Source: an uncultured Clostridia bacterium
GTDB lineage: Bacteria; Bacillota; Clostridia; Oscillospirales; CAG-272
Reading direction: 5' to 3'
DNA: 64,000 nt
Assembly: GCA_946407735.1 (NCBI GenBank)
Contig: CAMJPL010000001.1
Location: 216,182-280,181, forward strand
Made by a program: the position numbers and the translations under genes. The notes under the pieces were generated by a model, which saw only the letters and a program-made list of their open reading frames with translations, had not been told where the DNA came from and made no database searches. Of this stretch, positions 18,360 through 27,778 are shown in pieces; positions within the stretch are counted from its first letter, which is position 1, and every line of letters starts with the position of its first letter.

Positions 18360-19297
18360 CGGAAAGCGGAAATAAAAAAATAACTCCCGAAAGCGTCGGG
18401 ATGTCGGTCGAGATCGCCGGGATCACGCTCAAAAACCCGGTCATAACGCCGTCCGGCACCTGCGGCTACGGCCGCGATTATCTCGATTTCTGGTCGCCGG
18501 AGCAGCTCGGCGCTATCGCCGTCAAGGCGGTGTCGGTAAAGCCGCGCGACGGCAACCCGCCGCCGAGGATAGCCGAGATACCGTCCGGAGTGCTCAACTC
18601 CATCGGCCTCGAGAACCCCGGAGTGCATAAGTTCATATCGGACGAGCTGCCGTGGCTCAAATCCATCGGGGCGACTGTGATAGCCAACGTCGTCGGCTAT
18701 ACCGACGACGACTACGCCGAATGCGTCGGCATACTCGACGGCACCGGCGTCGATATGATAGAGCTCAACATATCCTGCCCGAACGTGAAGGGGACTCCGA
18801 TATCCGCCAGCGCCGAGAGAACGGAGGCGCTGACGAAAAGGATAAAGGGCGTCACGAAAAAGCCGGTCATAGTCAAGCTCAGCCCGAACGTCACGTCGAT
18901 AACCGATATCGCGAAGGCGGCCGAAGCGGGCGGAGCGGACGCCCTGTCGCTGATAAACACCGTCATGGGCATGAGGATAAACATAAAGACCCGCCGCCCG
19001 ATGCTGAAAAACATAACCGGCGGCATGTCCGGGCCCGCCGTCTTCCCTCTCGCCGTAAGGATGGTCTGGCAGACATCGAATGCCGTGAATATACCGATCA
19101 TCGGCGGCGGCGGCATAACCACAGCCGAGGATGCCGTCGAGATGATGATGGCCGGAGCCGACGCCGTCTCGTGCGGCACGGCGATGTTCTCCGATCCGTC
19201 GGCGCCGCTGAAGATTATCGAAGGCCTGAGAAGATGGTGCTCCGACAACGGCGTCGGATCGGTGAGGGAGCTCACCGGCTCTGTCGTGACCGGGTGA
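18353..19297 (+). CDS. pyrD: Dihydroorotate dehydrogenase B catalytic subunit
   Basis: GITLKNPVITPSGTCGYG, NSIGLENPG and ELNISCPN motifs of class 1B DHODH. Confidence 0.9.
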   Translation: MVTESGNKKITPESVGMSVEIAGITLKNPVITPSGTCGYGRDYLDFWSPEQLGAIAVKAVSVKPRDGNPPPRIAEIPSGVLNSIGLENPGVHKFISDELPWLKSIGATVIANVVGYTDDDYAECVGILDGTGVDMIELNISCPNVKGTPISASAERTEALTKRIKGVTKKPVIVKLSPNVTSITDIAKAAEAGGADALSLINTVMGMRINIKTRRPMLKNITGGMSGPAVFPLAVRMVWQTSNAVNIPIIGGGGITTAEDAVEMMMAGADAVSCGTAMFSDPSAPLKIIEGLRRWCSDNGVGSVRELTGSVVTG

Positions 19298-19300
19298 GCC

Positions 19301-20701
19301 ATGGATGAAACAAGAGACACGATAGCCGCCGTCTCGACGCCTCCCGGAAGGGGCGGCATCGCGGTGATAAGGATATCGGGGCCGCTTTCATGGTCCGTAT
19401 CGGACAGGGTGTTTTCTCCCCGAGACGGAAAGCCTCTCTCCGTTCACCCGCCTAGGACGGCGGTATACGGCGACATCATCGGCGAGGACGGCGTGATAGA
19501 CGACGGGATAGCCCTGCTTTTCAGGGCTCCGGCATCATATACGGGCGAGGATATCGCCGAGATATCATGCCACGGCGGCGTGCTTCTGACGCAGCTCGTC
19601 CTCGAGGCTGTTTTCGCCGCCGGAGCGCGTCCGGCAGGACCGGGCGAGTTCACGAAGCGGGCGTTTCTCGGCGGGAAGCTCGGCCTCACCAAAGCCGAAT
19701 CGGTCATAGATCTCATCGACGCCGAGAGCCGGGGGCAGATCGCCCTCGCGTCGGCGCAGTCGCGCGGGGTGCTGAGCGGCAGGATATCGGATCTCTACGG
19801 CAGGATGAAGCGGCTCGCCGCCTCCATCGCCGTCATGTCCGACTACCCGGACGAGGATATGTCCGATATCGACGCGGACGGCGTGAAGAAGGCGCTGTCG
19901 GATATAATGTCGTCGCTCGAAGAGCTCGCCGGGACGTACAGGACCGGACGGTCGGTGAGGGAAGGCATAGCCGCCTGCATCTGCGGCAGGCCGAACGTCG
20001 GCAAATCGTCGCTTATGAACGCCCTCGCGGGCGAGGACAGGGCCATCGTCACGCCGCTCGCCGGGACGACGAGGGACGTCATCTCCGAGAAGCTGATGAT
20101 CGGAAGGTGCGCCGTCAGGATATCCGACACCGCCGGCATAAGGGACACGTCGGACGAGATAGAAAAGCTCGGCGTCGAGCGCGCCGAGAGCGAGATGATG
20201 AAGTCGGAGCTCATAATCGCCGTGTTCGACGGATCGTCTGCTCTGACGGACGACGATATGAGGTTCATCGGCGGGATAAGATCGGCCGTATCGGCCGATC
20301 CGTCAAAGAAGATCGCCGCCGTTATAAACAAGTCCGATCTTCCGCAGAAGATCGGCGCGGATGAGCTGTCTCATCTTCTGCCGGAGGCCGACATCGTGCG
20401 CGCCAGCGCCGGGAGCGGGGATGTGTCTCAGCTCACATCCCTCATAGACGGCAGATTCACCGATCTTTCGCTCGATCTCACGTCGGACGCCGTGCTGTCG
20501 AACGCGCGGCAGTACGCCGCCGTGAAAAGAGCTTCGGAGGATATAAAAAACGCCCTTTCCTCCGTAGAGGCGGGCTTTTCGCCGGATATCGCGCAGATAG
20601 ATATCGAGAACGCCATGGCGGACATAGCCGAGGTCGACGGTCTCGCCGTCAGCACCGACGTGGTGTCCGACATCTTCTCCCGCTTCTGCGTCGGAAAGTA
20701 A
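19301..20701 (+). CDS. mnmE: tRNA modification GTPase MnmE
   Basis: TIAAVSTPPGRGGIAVIRISG N-terminus. G-domain GRPNVGKSSL. C-terminal FCVGK. Confidence 0.9.
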   Translation: MDETRDTIAAVSTPPGRGGIAVIRISGPLSWSVSDRVFSPRDGKPLSVHPPRTAVYGDIIGEDGVIDDGIALLFRAPASYTGEDIAEISCHGGVLLTQLVLEAVFAAGARPAGPGEFTKRAFLGGKLGLTKAESVIDLIDAESRGQIALASAQSRGVLSGRISDLYGRMKRLAASIAVMSDYPDEDMSDIDADGVKKALSDIMSSLEELAGTYRTGRSVREGIAACICGRPNVGKSSLMNALAGEDRAIVTPLAGTTRDVISEKLMIGRCAVRISDTAGIRDTSDEIEKLGVERAESEMMKSELIIAVFDGSSALTDDDMRFIGGIRSAVSADPSKKIAAVINKSDLPQKIGADELSHLLPEADIVRASAGSGDVSQLTSLIDGRFTDLSLDLTSDAVLSNARQYAAVKRASEDIKNALSSVEAGFSPDIAQIDIENAMADIAEVDGLAVSTDVVSDIFSRFCVGK

Positions 20702-20714
20702 GGACGCTTACCGT

Positions 20715-21044
20715 ATGGAAACAAAGCGATTTCAGAGAAACGACAGCGGCTTCGTCTGCCGCCGCTGCGGGGCCGAGGTGCCGCCGCTCAGGGTGTCGTC
20801 CCGGGATCACTGCAACGTCTGCCTGTGGTCGATACATATCGACGTCAATCCCGGCGACAGGGCGTGCGGCTGTCTCGGCGGTCTCGAGCCGGTGACGGCG
20901 TCGCCCGACCCGAAGAAGGGATATGTCATAACCTACCGCTGCGACAGATGCGGAGAAGTGAGACGGTGCAAGGCGGCTCCGGACGACGACAGGACGCTTA
21001 TCATAGAGCTGACGTCGAGACAGTTTTCGGACAAACGCCGCTGA
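20715..21044 (+). CDS. RNHCP domain-containing zinc-ribbon protein
   Basis: RCGAEVPP...SRDHCNVCLWSIHIDVNPGDR matches my recollection of the RNHCP motif. A second CxxC lies at CDRCG. Confidence 0.65.
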   Translation: METKRFQRNDSGFVCRRCGAEVPPLRVSSRDHCNVCLWSIHIDVNPGDRACGCLGGLEPVTASPDPKKGYVITYRCDRCGEVRRCKAAPDDDRTLIIELTSRQFSDKRR

Positions 21045-21051
21045 TGACAGG

Positions 21052-21534
21052 ATGATGGAATCAAGCAAGCATGTGATCATGATGCGGGTCGACAACCGTC
21101 CGGGCGTCCTTTCGCGGATTGCCGGGCTGTTCACCCGCCGCGGGTACAATATAGACAGCCTCGTCACCGGTCCGACAGAGGACCGCTCGGTATATCAGAT
21201 GACGATCACGGTCATCTGCGAGAGCGACATAATCGACCTTCTCATCCGCCAGCTCGGGCGCATCACCGATGTGATAGACGTCTGCTGCGCCGACGGCGAC
21301 GGTTATGTGAAGAGCGAGATCATGCTGCTCCGCGTAAGGTGCTCGCCGCAGACCCGGGCGGCGATGCTGATGGCCGCCGATATCATGAAGACCGAGATAG
21401 CCTCCATGGACGCCGATTCGATGGTGCTGAAGGTCACGGGCGACGACGTCCGCTGCCGCACCGTCATCGAGGCGTTCTCGGAGTACGGCATCGAGCGGGT
21501 GATACGGAGCGGTCCGGTCGGCATTGGCACGTGA
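21052..21534 (+). CDS. ilvN: Acetolactate synthase small (regulatory) subunit, ACT domain
   Basis: HVIMMRVDNRPGVLSRIAGLFTRRGYNIDSLVTGPTED is the canonical IlvN/IlvH N-terminus. No ilvB is adjacent. Confidence 0.8.
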   Translation: MMESSKHVIMMRVDNRPGVLSRIAGLFTRRGYNIDSLVTGPTEDRSVYQMTITVICESDIIDLLIRQLGRITDVIDVCCADGDGYVKSEIMLLRVRCSPQTRAAMLMAADIMKTEIASMDADSMVLKVTGDDVRCRTVIEAFSEYGIERVIRSGPVGIGT

Positions 21535-21540
21535 CCCGGA

Positions 21541-21888
21541 TCAGTCATTGTTTTTGAGATAATAGGTATAGTAGGCTATTATCGTCCGCTCCTCGCCGCC
21601 TCGGCCGTAGTCGGGCGCCGTCAGGATGACACCCTCGAGCGACAAAAGCTCTGAGGCGCGAAGCTCGTCTACCTTCGTTCTGAAAACTATGTCGGACGAC
21701 GAGAAGACCATGAACTCGTCGTCGCGGACTATGAGCGCTCCCGAATGGCCGACGACGTTGTCGACGTTGTCGAGGCGCTCGGTGACGTATTTTACGGCGC
21801 GGCCGTTGAGCTTTTTCGCCATGGCGCGGCGATAGGCCGGGCTGTCCGGATTCGGTTTGAAAAATCTTTCACGGATCCTGTCAAACAT
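21541..21888 (-). CDS. Hypothetical protein (115 aa)
   Basis: Clean ORF between convergent/divergent neighbours with normal amino-acid composition. No motif recognised. Confidence 0.55.
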   Translation of the reverse strand: MFDRIRERFFKPNPDSPAYRRAMAKKLNGRAVKYVTERLDNVDNVVGHSGALIVRDDEFMVFSSSDIVFRTKVDELRASELLSLEGVILTAPDYGRGGEERTIIAYYTYYLKNND

Positions 21889-21997
21889 CGCTGTACTCCC
21901 GCAGTGATCGTATTATCATATTTATATTATATATATTATACCCTTTTCACGACTGAAAATCAATAGCAACCGCTGAATAATGTTTTGGAGGTACTGA

Positions 21998-24427
21998 ATG
22001 CTTCCGCTTGACAGGCTTGACGCCGAGGCAAGAGACGGCTTCGGCGCCCGGGGCGTAAAGGAAGAGGATCTCGATCTGTGTGTCGAGCTCGACCTTGACG
22101 TTACCGGCAATTTCGGCACGACATGGCTGGCGGTCGACCGGAAAAAGATGAGATTCTACGCCATGAGCGCGACCAGCGACGCCGAGTCGGTCTACCGCAA
22201 GAGGAAGGCCGACGAGAAGGCGAGACAGAAGGCCGCGAGAAGGGGCGAGGAGGAGAAGGAGGCCGAGGCTGTCGGCATCTTCCGCAAGAGCTTCTTCAAG
22301 GACTACGACTGGACGCAGCTCTCGAATCTCTATATCGACAACTATGTCTCCTCGAACCGCCTGCTCGGCAGGATCGGCGAGGAGATCGAGGAAAAGAAGG
22401 ACGACGACGCCGAGCAGAAGGAAGAGAAGCCCGATATGCGCGAGACGGTGGTCGTCGCCTACTGCACGAACGCCCGCAAGCGCAAGCTGTTCGCCTTCCT
22501 TGACATCGTCGCCAGATTCAAGAAAAACGAGGACGTCGCGGAGGACGACCCGATCTTCGAGCAGTTCCACCAGAAATGCCCGAAGTGCGGCAGGGTCTAC
22601 AAGGACCAGAACCGCCGCATATGCGAGTACTGCACGAACCAGTCGGCGGTACTCAAGCGCCTGCTCGGCTACTTCGCCAAGTTCAAATTCGAGCTCGTGA
22701 CGGTGCTGCTCTGCATGCTCGGCACCTCCGCCATCAGCCTGCTGTCGCCGATAATCAACGGCCAGCTGCTGTACGACCAGGTCATAGCCGAGCCGGGAAC
22801 GGTCGGCGGCAGGGAGGTCGGACGGTTCCACAGCGAGGCGTGGGTATGGATCGTCGTCGGCATCATCTTCGGCATGGCGCTGCTCAGCCTGCTCATCCAG
22901 ATCATACAGAACCGCACGAACGCCCATCTTTCGACGCGCGTCGCGCTCAATATGAAGCTGGACATCTTCACGGCGATGCAGAAGCTGTCGCTGTCTTTCT
23001 TCAACAACAACATGACCGGGCGACTGATCACCCGCGTCAACTACGACGCCGACAGGATAAGGGCGTTCTTCATCGACGGCGTGCCGAACCTGATAATCAA
23101 CGGCCTCAACTTCATCGGACTCACGATCTTCCTGTTCTGGATGAACTGGAAGCTGACGCTGATAGTTTTCGTGCCGGTGCCGATAGTGGTGCTGATCTTC
23201 AAGTTCATGCTCCCGAAGCTGTGGAGGATGTACTCCAAGCTCTACCGCCGCTCGAGCTCGCTCAACGCCGTGCTCGGCGACTCGCTGACCGGTATCCGCG
23301 TGGTCAAGGCCTTCGCGAAGGAGACCGACGAGTCGAACCGCTTCTATCAGTACAGCCACCGCCTGTATGACGCCAGCCTTCAGCTGAACATGGTGTCGCT
23401 CACGATATTCCCGGTCATCGGGCTTCTGATCGCCATCTCGAGCAAGGCGATATGGGGCTTCGGCGGTCTGCAGGTCATGGGCGGGACCATGACGTACGGT
23501 CAGTTCACGACCTACTTCGGATATCTCGGGATGATATTCGGCCCGCTCAACTTCTTCACGAACTTCTCCAACATGCTTACCGACACGATGAACTCGGCCG
23601 AGCGCATGTTCGAGGTCATAGACGCCGTTCCCGAGATCGCCGACGCACCCGACGCCGTGTCGATGGATCGGATGAAGGGCGACATCGAGTTCCGCAAGGT
23701 AATGTTCCACTACGCCCCCAACCGCCCGATCCTGAGGGATATGAGCTTCCATATAAAGCCCGGATATCAGGTCGGACTCGTCGGGCACACCGGAGCCGGA
23801 AAATCGACGATAGCGAACCTCATCTCCCGCCTCTACGACACGATCTCCGGCTCGATCTACATCGACGGCGTGAACGTGAAGCAGATAAAGGGCGAGTCGA
23901 TGAGAAAGAACATCGCAATCGTCTCTCAGGAGATATACCTCTTCAAGGGCACGATAGCGGACAACATCCGCTACGCCAAGCCGGACGCCACGATGGAGGA
24001 GGTCATAGCCGCCTCGCGCATAGCCTCGGCGCATGACTTCATCCTCTCGCTGCCGGACGGCTACGAGACGATAGTCGGCACCGGTTCCCGCTCGCTGTCG
24101 GGCGGCGAGAAGCAGAGGATCTCCATCGCCCGCGCCGTGCTGCTCGACCCGTCGATACTGATACTCGACGAGGCGACCGCGGCTATGGACACCGAGACCG
24201 AGCGCCTTATCCAGGACGCTCTCGACAAGCTGGTCAAGGGGCGCACGACGATAACGATCGCGCACCGTCTGTCGACTTTAAAGGAATGCAACTATCTGTT
24301 CGTCATCGATCACGGCGAGATAGCCGAGGAAGGCACTCATACCGAGCTGATCGAGAAGAAAGGACAGTATTACCGTCTGTACACGCTGCAGACGAAGGCG
24401 ATGAGCAAGGTCCTGCAGGGCATGTGA
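21998..24427 (+). CDS. ABC exporter (fused TMD-NBD) with a roughly 230-aa N-terminal extension containing a zinc ribbon
   Basis: RBS GGAGG. CPKCGRVYKDQNRRICEYC sits ahead of 6 TM segments. Walker A GHTGAGKST, signature LSGGEKQRISIARA, Walker B ILILDEAT. Confidence 0.9.
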   Translation: MLPLDRLDAEARDGFGARGVKEEDLDLCVELDLDVTGNFGTTWLAVDRKKMRFYAMSATSDAESVYRKRKADEKARQKAARRGEEEKEAEAVGIFRKSFFKDYDWTQLSNLYIDNYVSSNRLLGRIGEEIEEKKDDDAEQKEEKPDMRETVVVAYCTNARKRKLFAFLDIVARFKKNEDVAEDDPIFEQFHQKCPKCGRVYKDQNRRICEYCTNQSAVLKRLLGYFAKFKFELVTVLLCMLGTSAISLLSPIINGQLLYDQVIAEPGTVGGREVGRFHSEAWVWIVVGIIFGMALLSLLIQIIQNRTNAHLSTRVALNMKLDIFTAMQKLSLSFFNNNMTGRLITRVNYDADRIRAFFIDGVPNLIINGLNFIGLTIFLFWMNWKLTLIVFVPVPIVVLIFKFMLPKLWRMYSKLYRRSSSLNAVLGDSLTGIRVVKAFAKETDESNRFYQYSHRLYDASLQLNMVSLTIFPVIGLLIAISSKAIWGFGGLQVMGGTMTYGQFTTYFGYLGMIFGPLNFFTNFSNMLTDTMNSAERMFEVIDAVPEIADAPDAVSMDRMKGDIEFRKVMFHYAPNRPILRDMSFHIKPGYQVGLVGHTGAGKSTIANLISRLYDTISGSIYIDGVNVKQIKGESMRKNIAIVSQEIYLFKGTIADNIRYAKPDATMEEVIAASRIASAHDFILSLPDGYETIVGTGSRSLSGGEKQRISIARAVLLDPSILILDEATAAMDTETERLIQDALDKLVKGRTTITIAHRLSTLKECNYLFVIDHGEIAEEGTHTELIEKKGQYYRLYTLQTKAMSKVLQGM

Positions 24428-24443
24428 ACAGGAGGCATCGAAA

Positions 24444-25145
24444 ATGGCTGAAGATAAAAAGAAGAAGTCTGCCGAAAGCGAAAAGGCGGACGATAAAGAG
24501 AATAAAAAGGCTGCCGCTCCCGAAAAGACGGATGACGAAGCGAAGAAGTCAGACGAAAAGCCGAAGGACGACAAGAAGGAGCTTCTCGACGACGATGACG
24601 CCGGCGATCTTATACTTGAGCATCAGCGCGAGTCGATCCCGCTCACCCGCGAAAACGCCGTGTTCACCCGCTCGAAGGGGAACCTCATCTCCCTTAAGCT
24701 GACGAAGCCCGACGGCGAAGTCGAGGAATTCGAGCGCGTCGTCGTCATGCGCGCCTTCCCGATATCGAATCCCGACGAGTTCCTTTCGGTGCGCGAGCCG
24801 GATACCAAGCGCGCCGGACAGGGGCACGAGATCGGCATGATCCGTCATATGAGCGACTTCGACGACGCGACGCAGAAGCTCTTCCTCGAGGAGCTCGACA
24901 GGCGCTATTTCTCGCCGAAGCTGATAAAGATCCTGTCGGTGAAGGACAAGTTCGGCTACCTCTACTGGGACGCCGAGACCACGTCGGGACACGTCACCTT
25001 CATCATGAACAACCCGTTCTCGAATATCCGCGTCCTTGACGACGGGCGGATCATCATGCACGATATCGACGGCAACGTCTTCGAGATACCTGATTCTTCC
25101 AAGCTCGACAAGACGAGCTTCAAGAAGATCGAGATCTATCTGTAA
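24444..25145 (+). CDS. DUF1854-like protein with a Lys/Glu/Asp-rich N-terminal tail
   Basis: 233 aa. MRAFPISNPDEFLSVREPD...YFSPKLIKILSVKDKFGYLYWDAET fits my recollection of DUF1854, a family usually found beside ABC exporter pairs. Needs an HMM check. Confidence 0.6.
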   Translation: MAEDKKKKSAESEKADDKENKKAAAPEKTDDEAKKSDEKPKDDKKELLDDDDAGDLILEHQRESIPLTRENAVFTRSKGNLISLKLTKPDGEVEEFERVVVMRAFPISNPDEFLSVREPDTKRAGQGHEIGMIRHMSDFDDATQKLFLEELDRRYFSPKLIKILSVKDKFGYLYWDAETTSGHVTFIMNNPFSNIRVLDDGRIIMHDIDGNVFEIPDSSKLDKTSFKKIEIYL

Positions 25146-25171
25146 ACGGCTGCGGAGGCAAAGACCGCAAA

Positions 25172-27475
25172 ATGAAATTAATGTACGATCTCCCCGAAGC
25201 CGACAAGGCGGTGCTCGACGCCGCCATGGACGGGGAAGAAAAGCTCATGTACTGTCTGCCGTTCACGATATACGAGGATAAGTTCGTGAAGGGCTACATG
25301 GCTTTCACCAACACGACGATGTACAAGATCCTCGACGGGAAGCTGCTTGACACCTGGCCGATCATCGGCAGCTCCGACTTCAAGACCGAGGTCATGTACG
25401 GCTGCTGCGGCTTCTACGCGAAGGTGAACGGGAGCGACACCCTGATATGCCAGTTTGTGTCAGGCCGCGACCTTCCGAGGTACGCCGTCATCGTCAAGGC
25501 CTGCGAGATTCTGAACGAGCAGCATCAGAAAAAGGTCGATATAAAGACCCTGAAGCCGATCACCAACAGCACTCCCGAGCGCTTCTGCCCGAAGTGCGGA
25601 CGTCCGTATATCAACGCGACGACCATCTGCCCGTACTGCATGGACAAGAAGGAGATATACAAAAAGCTGTTCGCCATGACGAAGGGCATAAGGCTGATGA
25701 TGTGCTTCCCGTTCGTCGTGGCGGTGTTCAGCGTCATCTTCCAGTTCGTAGTGCCGTGGGTCGAGGGCAAGGCGATAAACGAGTACATCAACCCGTCAAA
25801 CGGCGTTCACGGCCCGATGTCCGGCTTCGTCGTCATAGTCATCGCCATAGTGTCGATAGACCTGTTCCAGAGGGCGCTCGGCGTCGCTCAGGGGCGGTTC
25901 TCGGCTATCGCCGGCAACAAATTCACGCTGATGCTGAAAACGCTGCTGTACGAGAAGCTGCAGAGCCTGTCGCTCGCCTCTATCCAGCGCCGCACCACCG
26001 GCGACCTGATGGGGCGCGTCAACAACGACACCTCGGTCATGCAGACCTTCGTCGTCAGCCAGCTGCCGACCTACTTCATCCAGGCGGTGACCTTCGTCCT
26101 GGCGCTGCCGGTGCTCGCCGTCATGAACTGGCGTATGTGCCTGTTCGTATTCGTGCCGATACCGCTTGTCGTGTTCATCGTGGCCAAGGTCTGGGACTTC
26201 GTTCAGGACCGCAACCGCAAGCTGTGGGTGCTCTCGACGAGGACCGGATATCTCCTGCACGATATCCTGAACGGCATCCGCGTCGTCAAATGCTTCGGTC
26301 AGGAGGAGCGCGAGATCGAGCGCTTCAAGGAGTCGTCGATAAGATCGTCCGACCAGAGCGAGTCCAACGCGAAGATATTCGACACCATCTTCCCGCTGCT
26401 CGGACTTCTGATCCGCTTCGGCTCGTATCTGATACTCCTTTACGGAAACATGCTCGTCTTCCACAGGGAGATGGAGCTCGGAACGCTGCATCAGATCAAC
26501 TCGTACGCCAACATGGTCTACGCGCCGCTGATGTACATCACCTTCATCCCGCGTACCATCTCGACCTTCATGACGTCGGCGTCGAAGGTGTTCGAGATCC
26601 TTGAGGAGGAGCCGGACGTACAGGATATCGGGCTTCCTATCGACATCTCGATCGAGGGCGAGATCGACGTGAAGAACGTCACCTTCGGCTACGAGAGCTA
26701 CAATCCCGTTCTTGAGAACGTGTCGGTGCACATAAATCCCGGCGAGATGATCGGAATAGTCGGACACTCTGGCTCGGGCAAGTCGACGCTCATCAACCTC
26801 ATCATGCGTCTTTACGACGTGAACGAGGGCGAGATCAAGATAGACGAGGTCAATATAAAGGACATCTCGCAGACGGCTCTCCGCGGACAGATGGGCGTGG
26901 TGCTGCAGGAGACCTTCCTGTTCTCCGGCACCATTCAGGACAACATCCGCTACTCCAAGCCGTTCGCCACCGAGGAGGAGGTCATCCGCGCCGCCAAGGC
27001 CGCGAACGCCCACGACTTCATCATGAAGATGCCGGAGGGCTACAACACCCTCGTCGGCGAGAAGGGATATTCGCTGTCGGGCGGCGAGCGCCAGCGCATA
27101 GCCATCGCCCGCGCCATAATCCACGACCCGAAGATACTCATTCTCGACGAGGCGACGGCGTCGCTCGACACCGAGACCGAGAAGCTGATACAGGACGCTC
27201 TGACGAAGCTGGTCAAGAACCGCACGACGCTGGCCATCGCGCACCGTCTGTCGACTCTGCGCAACGCCGACAAGCTGCTGGTGCTCGATCACGGCCGCGT
27301 GTCGGAATTCGGCACTCACGCCGAGCTGCTCAAGAACAAGGGCATTTACTGGAAGCTCGTCATGGCTCAGAGAAAGATGAACCAGGACGTCGAAAGAGCT
27401 CAAGCGGAAAAAGCCGCGGCGGAAAAAGCGGCGGCCGAGAAAGCGGCGGCAGAAAAAGCAGCCGCCGGAGCGTAA
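25172..27475 (+). CDS. ABC exporter (fused TMD-NBD) with a roughly 170-aa N-terminal extension containing a zinc ribbon and a C-terminal AEKAA repeat tail
   Basis: CPKCGRPYINATTICPYC sits ahead of the TM domain. Walker A GHSGSGKST, signature LSGGERQRIAIARA, Walker B ILILDEAT. Confidence 0.9.
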   Translation: MKLMYDLPEADKAVLDAAMDGEEKLMYCLPFTIYEDKFVKGYMAFTNTTMYKILDGKLLDTWPIIGSSDFKTEVMYGCCGFYAKVNGSDTLICQFVSGRDLPRYAVIVKACEILNEQHQKKVDIKTLKPITNSTPERFCPKCGRPYINATTICPYCMDKKEIYKKLFAMTKGIRLMMCFPFVVAVFSVIFQFVVPWVEGKAINEYINPSNGVHGPMSGFVVIVIAIVSIDLFQRALGVAQGRFSAIAGNKFTLMLKTLLYEKLQSLSLASIQRRTTGDLMGRVNNDTSVMQTFVVSQLPTYFIQAVTFVLALPVLAVMNWRMCLFVFVPIPLVVFIVAKVWDFVQDRNRKLWVLSTRTGYLLHDILNGIRVVKCFGQEEREIERFKESSIRSSDQSESNAKIFDTIFPLLGLLIRFGSYLILLYGNMLVFHREMELGTLHQINSYANMVYAPLMYITFIPRTISTFMTSASKVFEILEEEPDVQDIGLPIDISIEGEIDVKNVTFGYESYNPVLENVSVHINPGEMIGIVGHSGSGKSTLINLIMRLYDVNEGEIKIDEVNIKDISQTALRGQMGVVLQETFLFSGTIQDNIRYSKPFATEEEVIRAAKAANAHDFIMKMPEGYNTLVGEKGYSLSGGERQRIAIARAIIHDPKILILDEATASLDTETEKLIQDALTKLVKNRTTLAIAHRLSTLRNADKLLVLDHGRVSEFGTHAELLKNKGIYWKLVMAQRKMNQDVERAQAEKAAAEKAAAEKAAAEKAAAGA
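27398..27472 (+). repeat. Coding 15-bp tandem repeat (AEKAA x4)
   Basis: Translates to AQAEKAAAEKAAAEKAAAEKAAAGA at the C-terminus of the second ABC protein. Confidence 0.9.
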
Positions 27476-27495
27476 GATATCTTATATATTTATTG

Positions 27496-27521
27496 CCGGG
27501 AGAGATGATGATCTCTCCCGG
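27496..27521 (+). terminator. Stem-loop after the ABC operon
   Basis: CCGGGAGAGAT / ATCTCTCCCGG 11-bp stem. The following T run is weak (CATTGTTT). Confidence 0.55.
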
Positions 27522-27538
27522 CATTGTTTAACAAAAAA

Positions 27539-27749
27539 TTAACAGGTGAGAACTCGAATGTTGTATAATATGTGAATGCCGTGTGTTATAATGAGTTTAA
27601 GCCAGTACTGCTGGAAGATCGTGTATATCCCGTGCGGGGGAAACGGCGGATGCGTGACGGCGAAGGAGTATATCGAAGGCGACTTCGACGCGGGCGACCG
27701 GCAGGCGGCGGCAAACGAATAAAAAAAGCGGGTTCTGCCCGCTTTTTTG
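27539..27749 (+). other. Orphan promoter-to-terminator unit (candidate sRNA or 43-aa sORF at 27591-27722)
   Basis: Two -10 boxes, TGTATAAT at 27562-27569 and TGTTATAAT at 27584-27592. An ATG at 27591 opens MSLSQYCWKIVYIPCGGNGGCVTAKEYIEGDFDAGDRQAAANE. The unit ends at a strong terminator. Confidence 0.35.
27721..27749. terminator. Bidirectional rho-independent terminator
   Basis: AAAAAAAGCGGG-TTCTG-CCCGCTTTTTT, with A and T runs on both sides, between convergent units. Confidence 0.85.
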
Positions 27750-27778
27750 TTTTGAGCTGTGCTATTTAATCCGCATCA

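Noticed and set aside
27572-27769. A 65-aa ORF from the track (MNAVCYNEF...).
   Set aside because: It reads straight through a strong rho-independent terminator and is Arg/Gly-rich. The alternative 43-aa frame or a non-coding RNA is more plausible.
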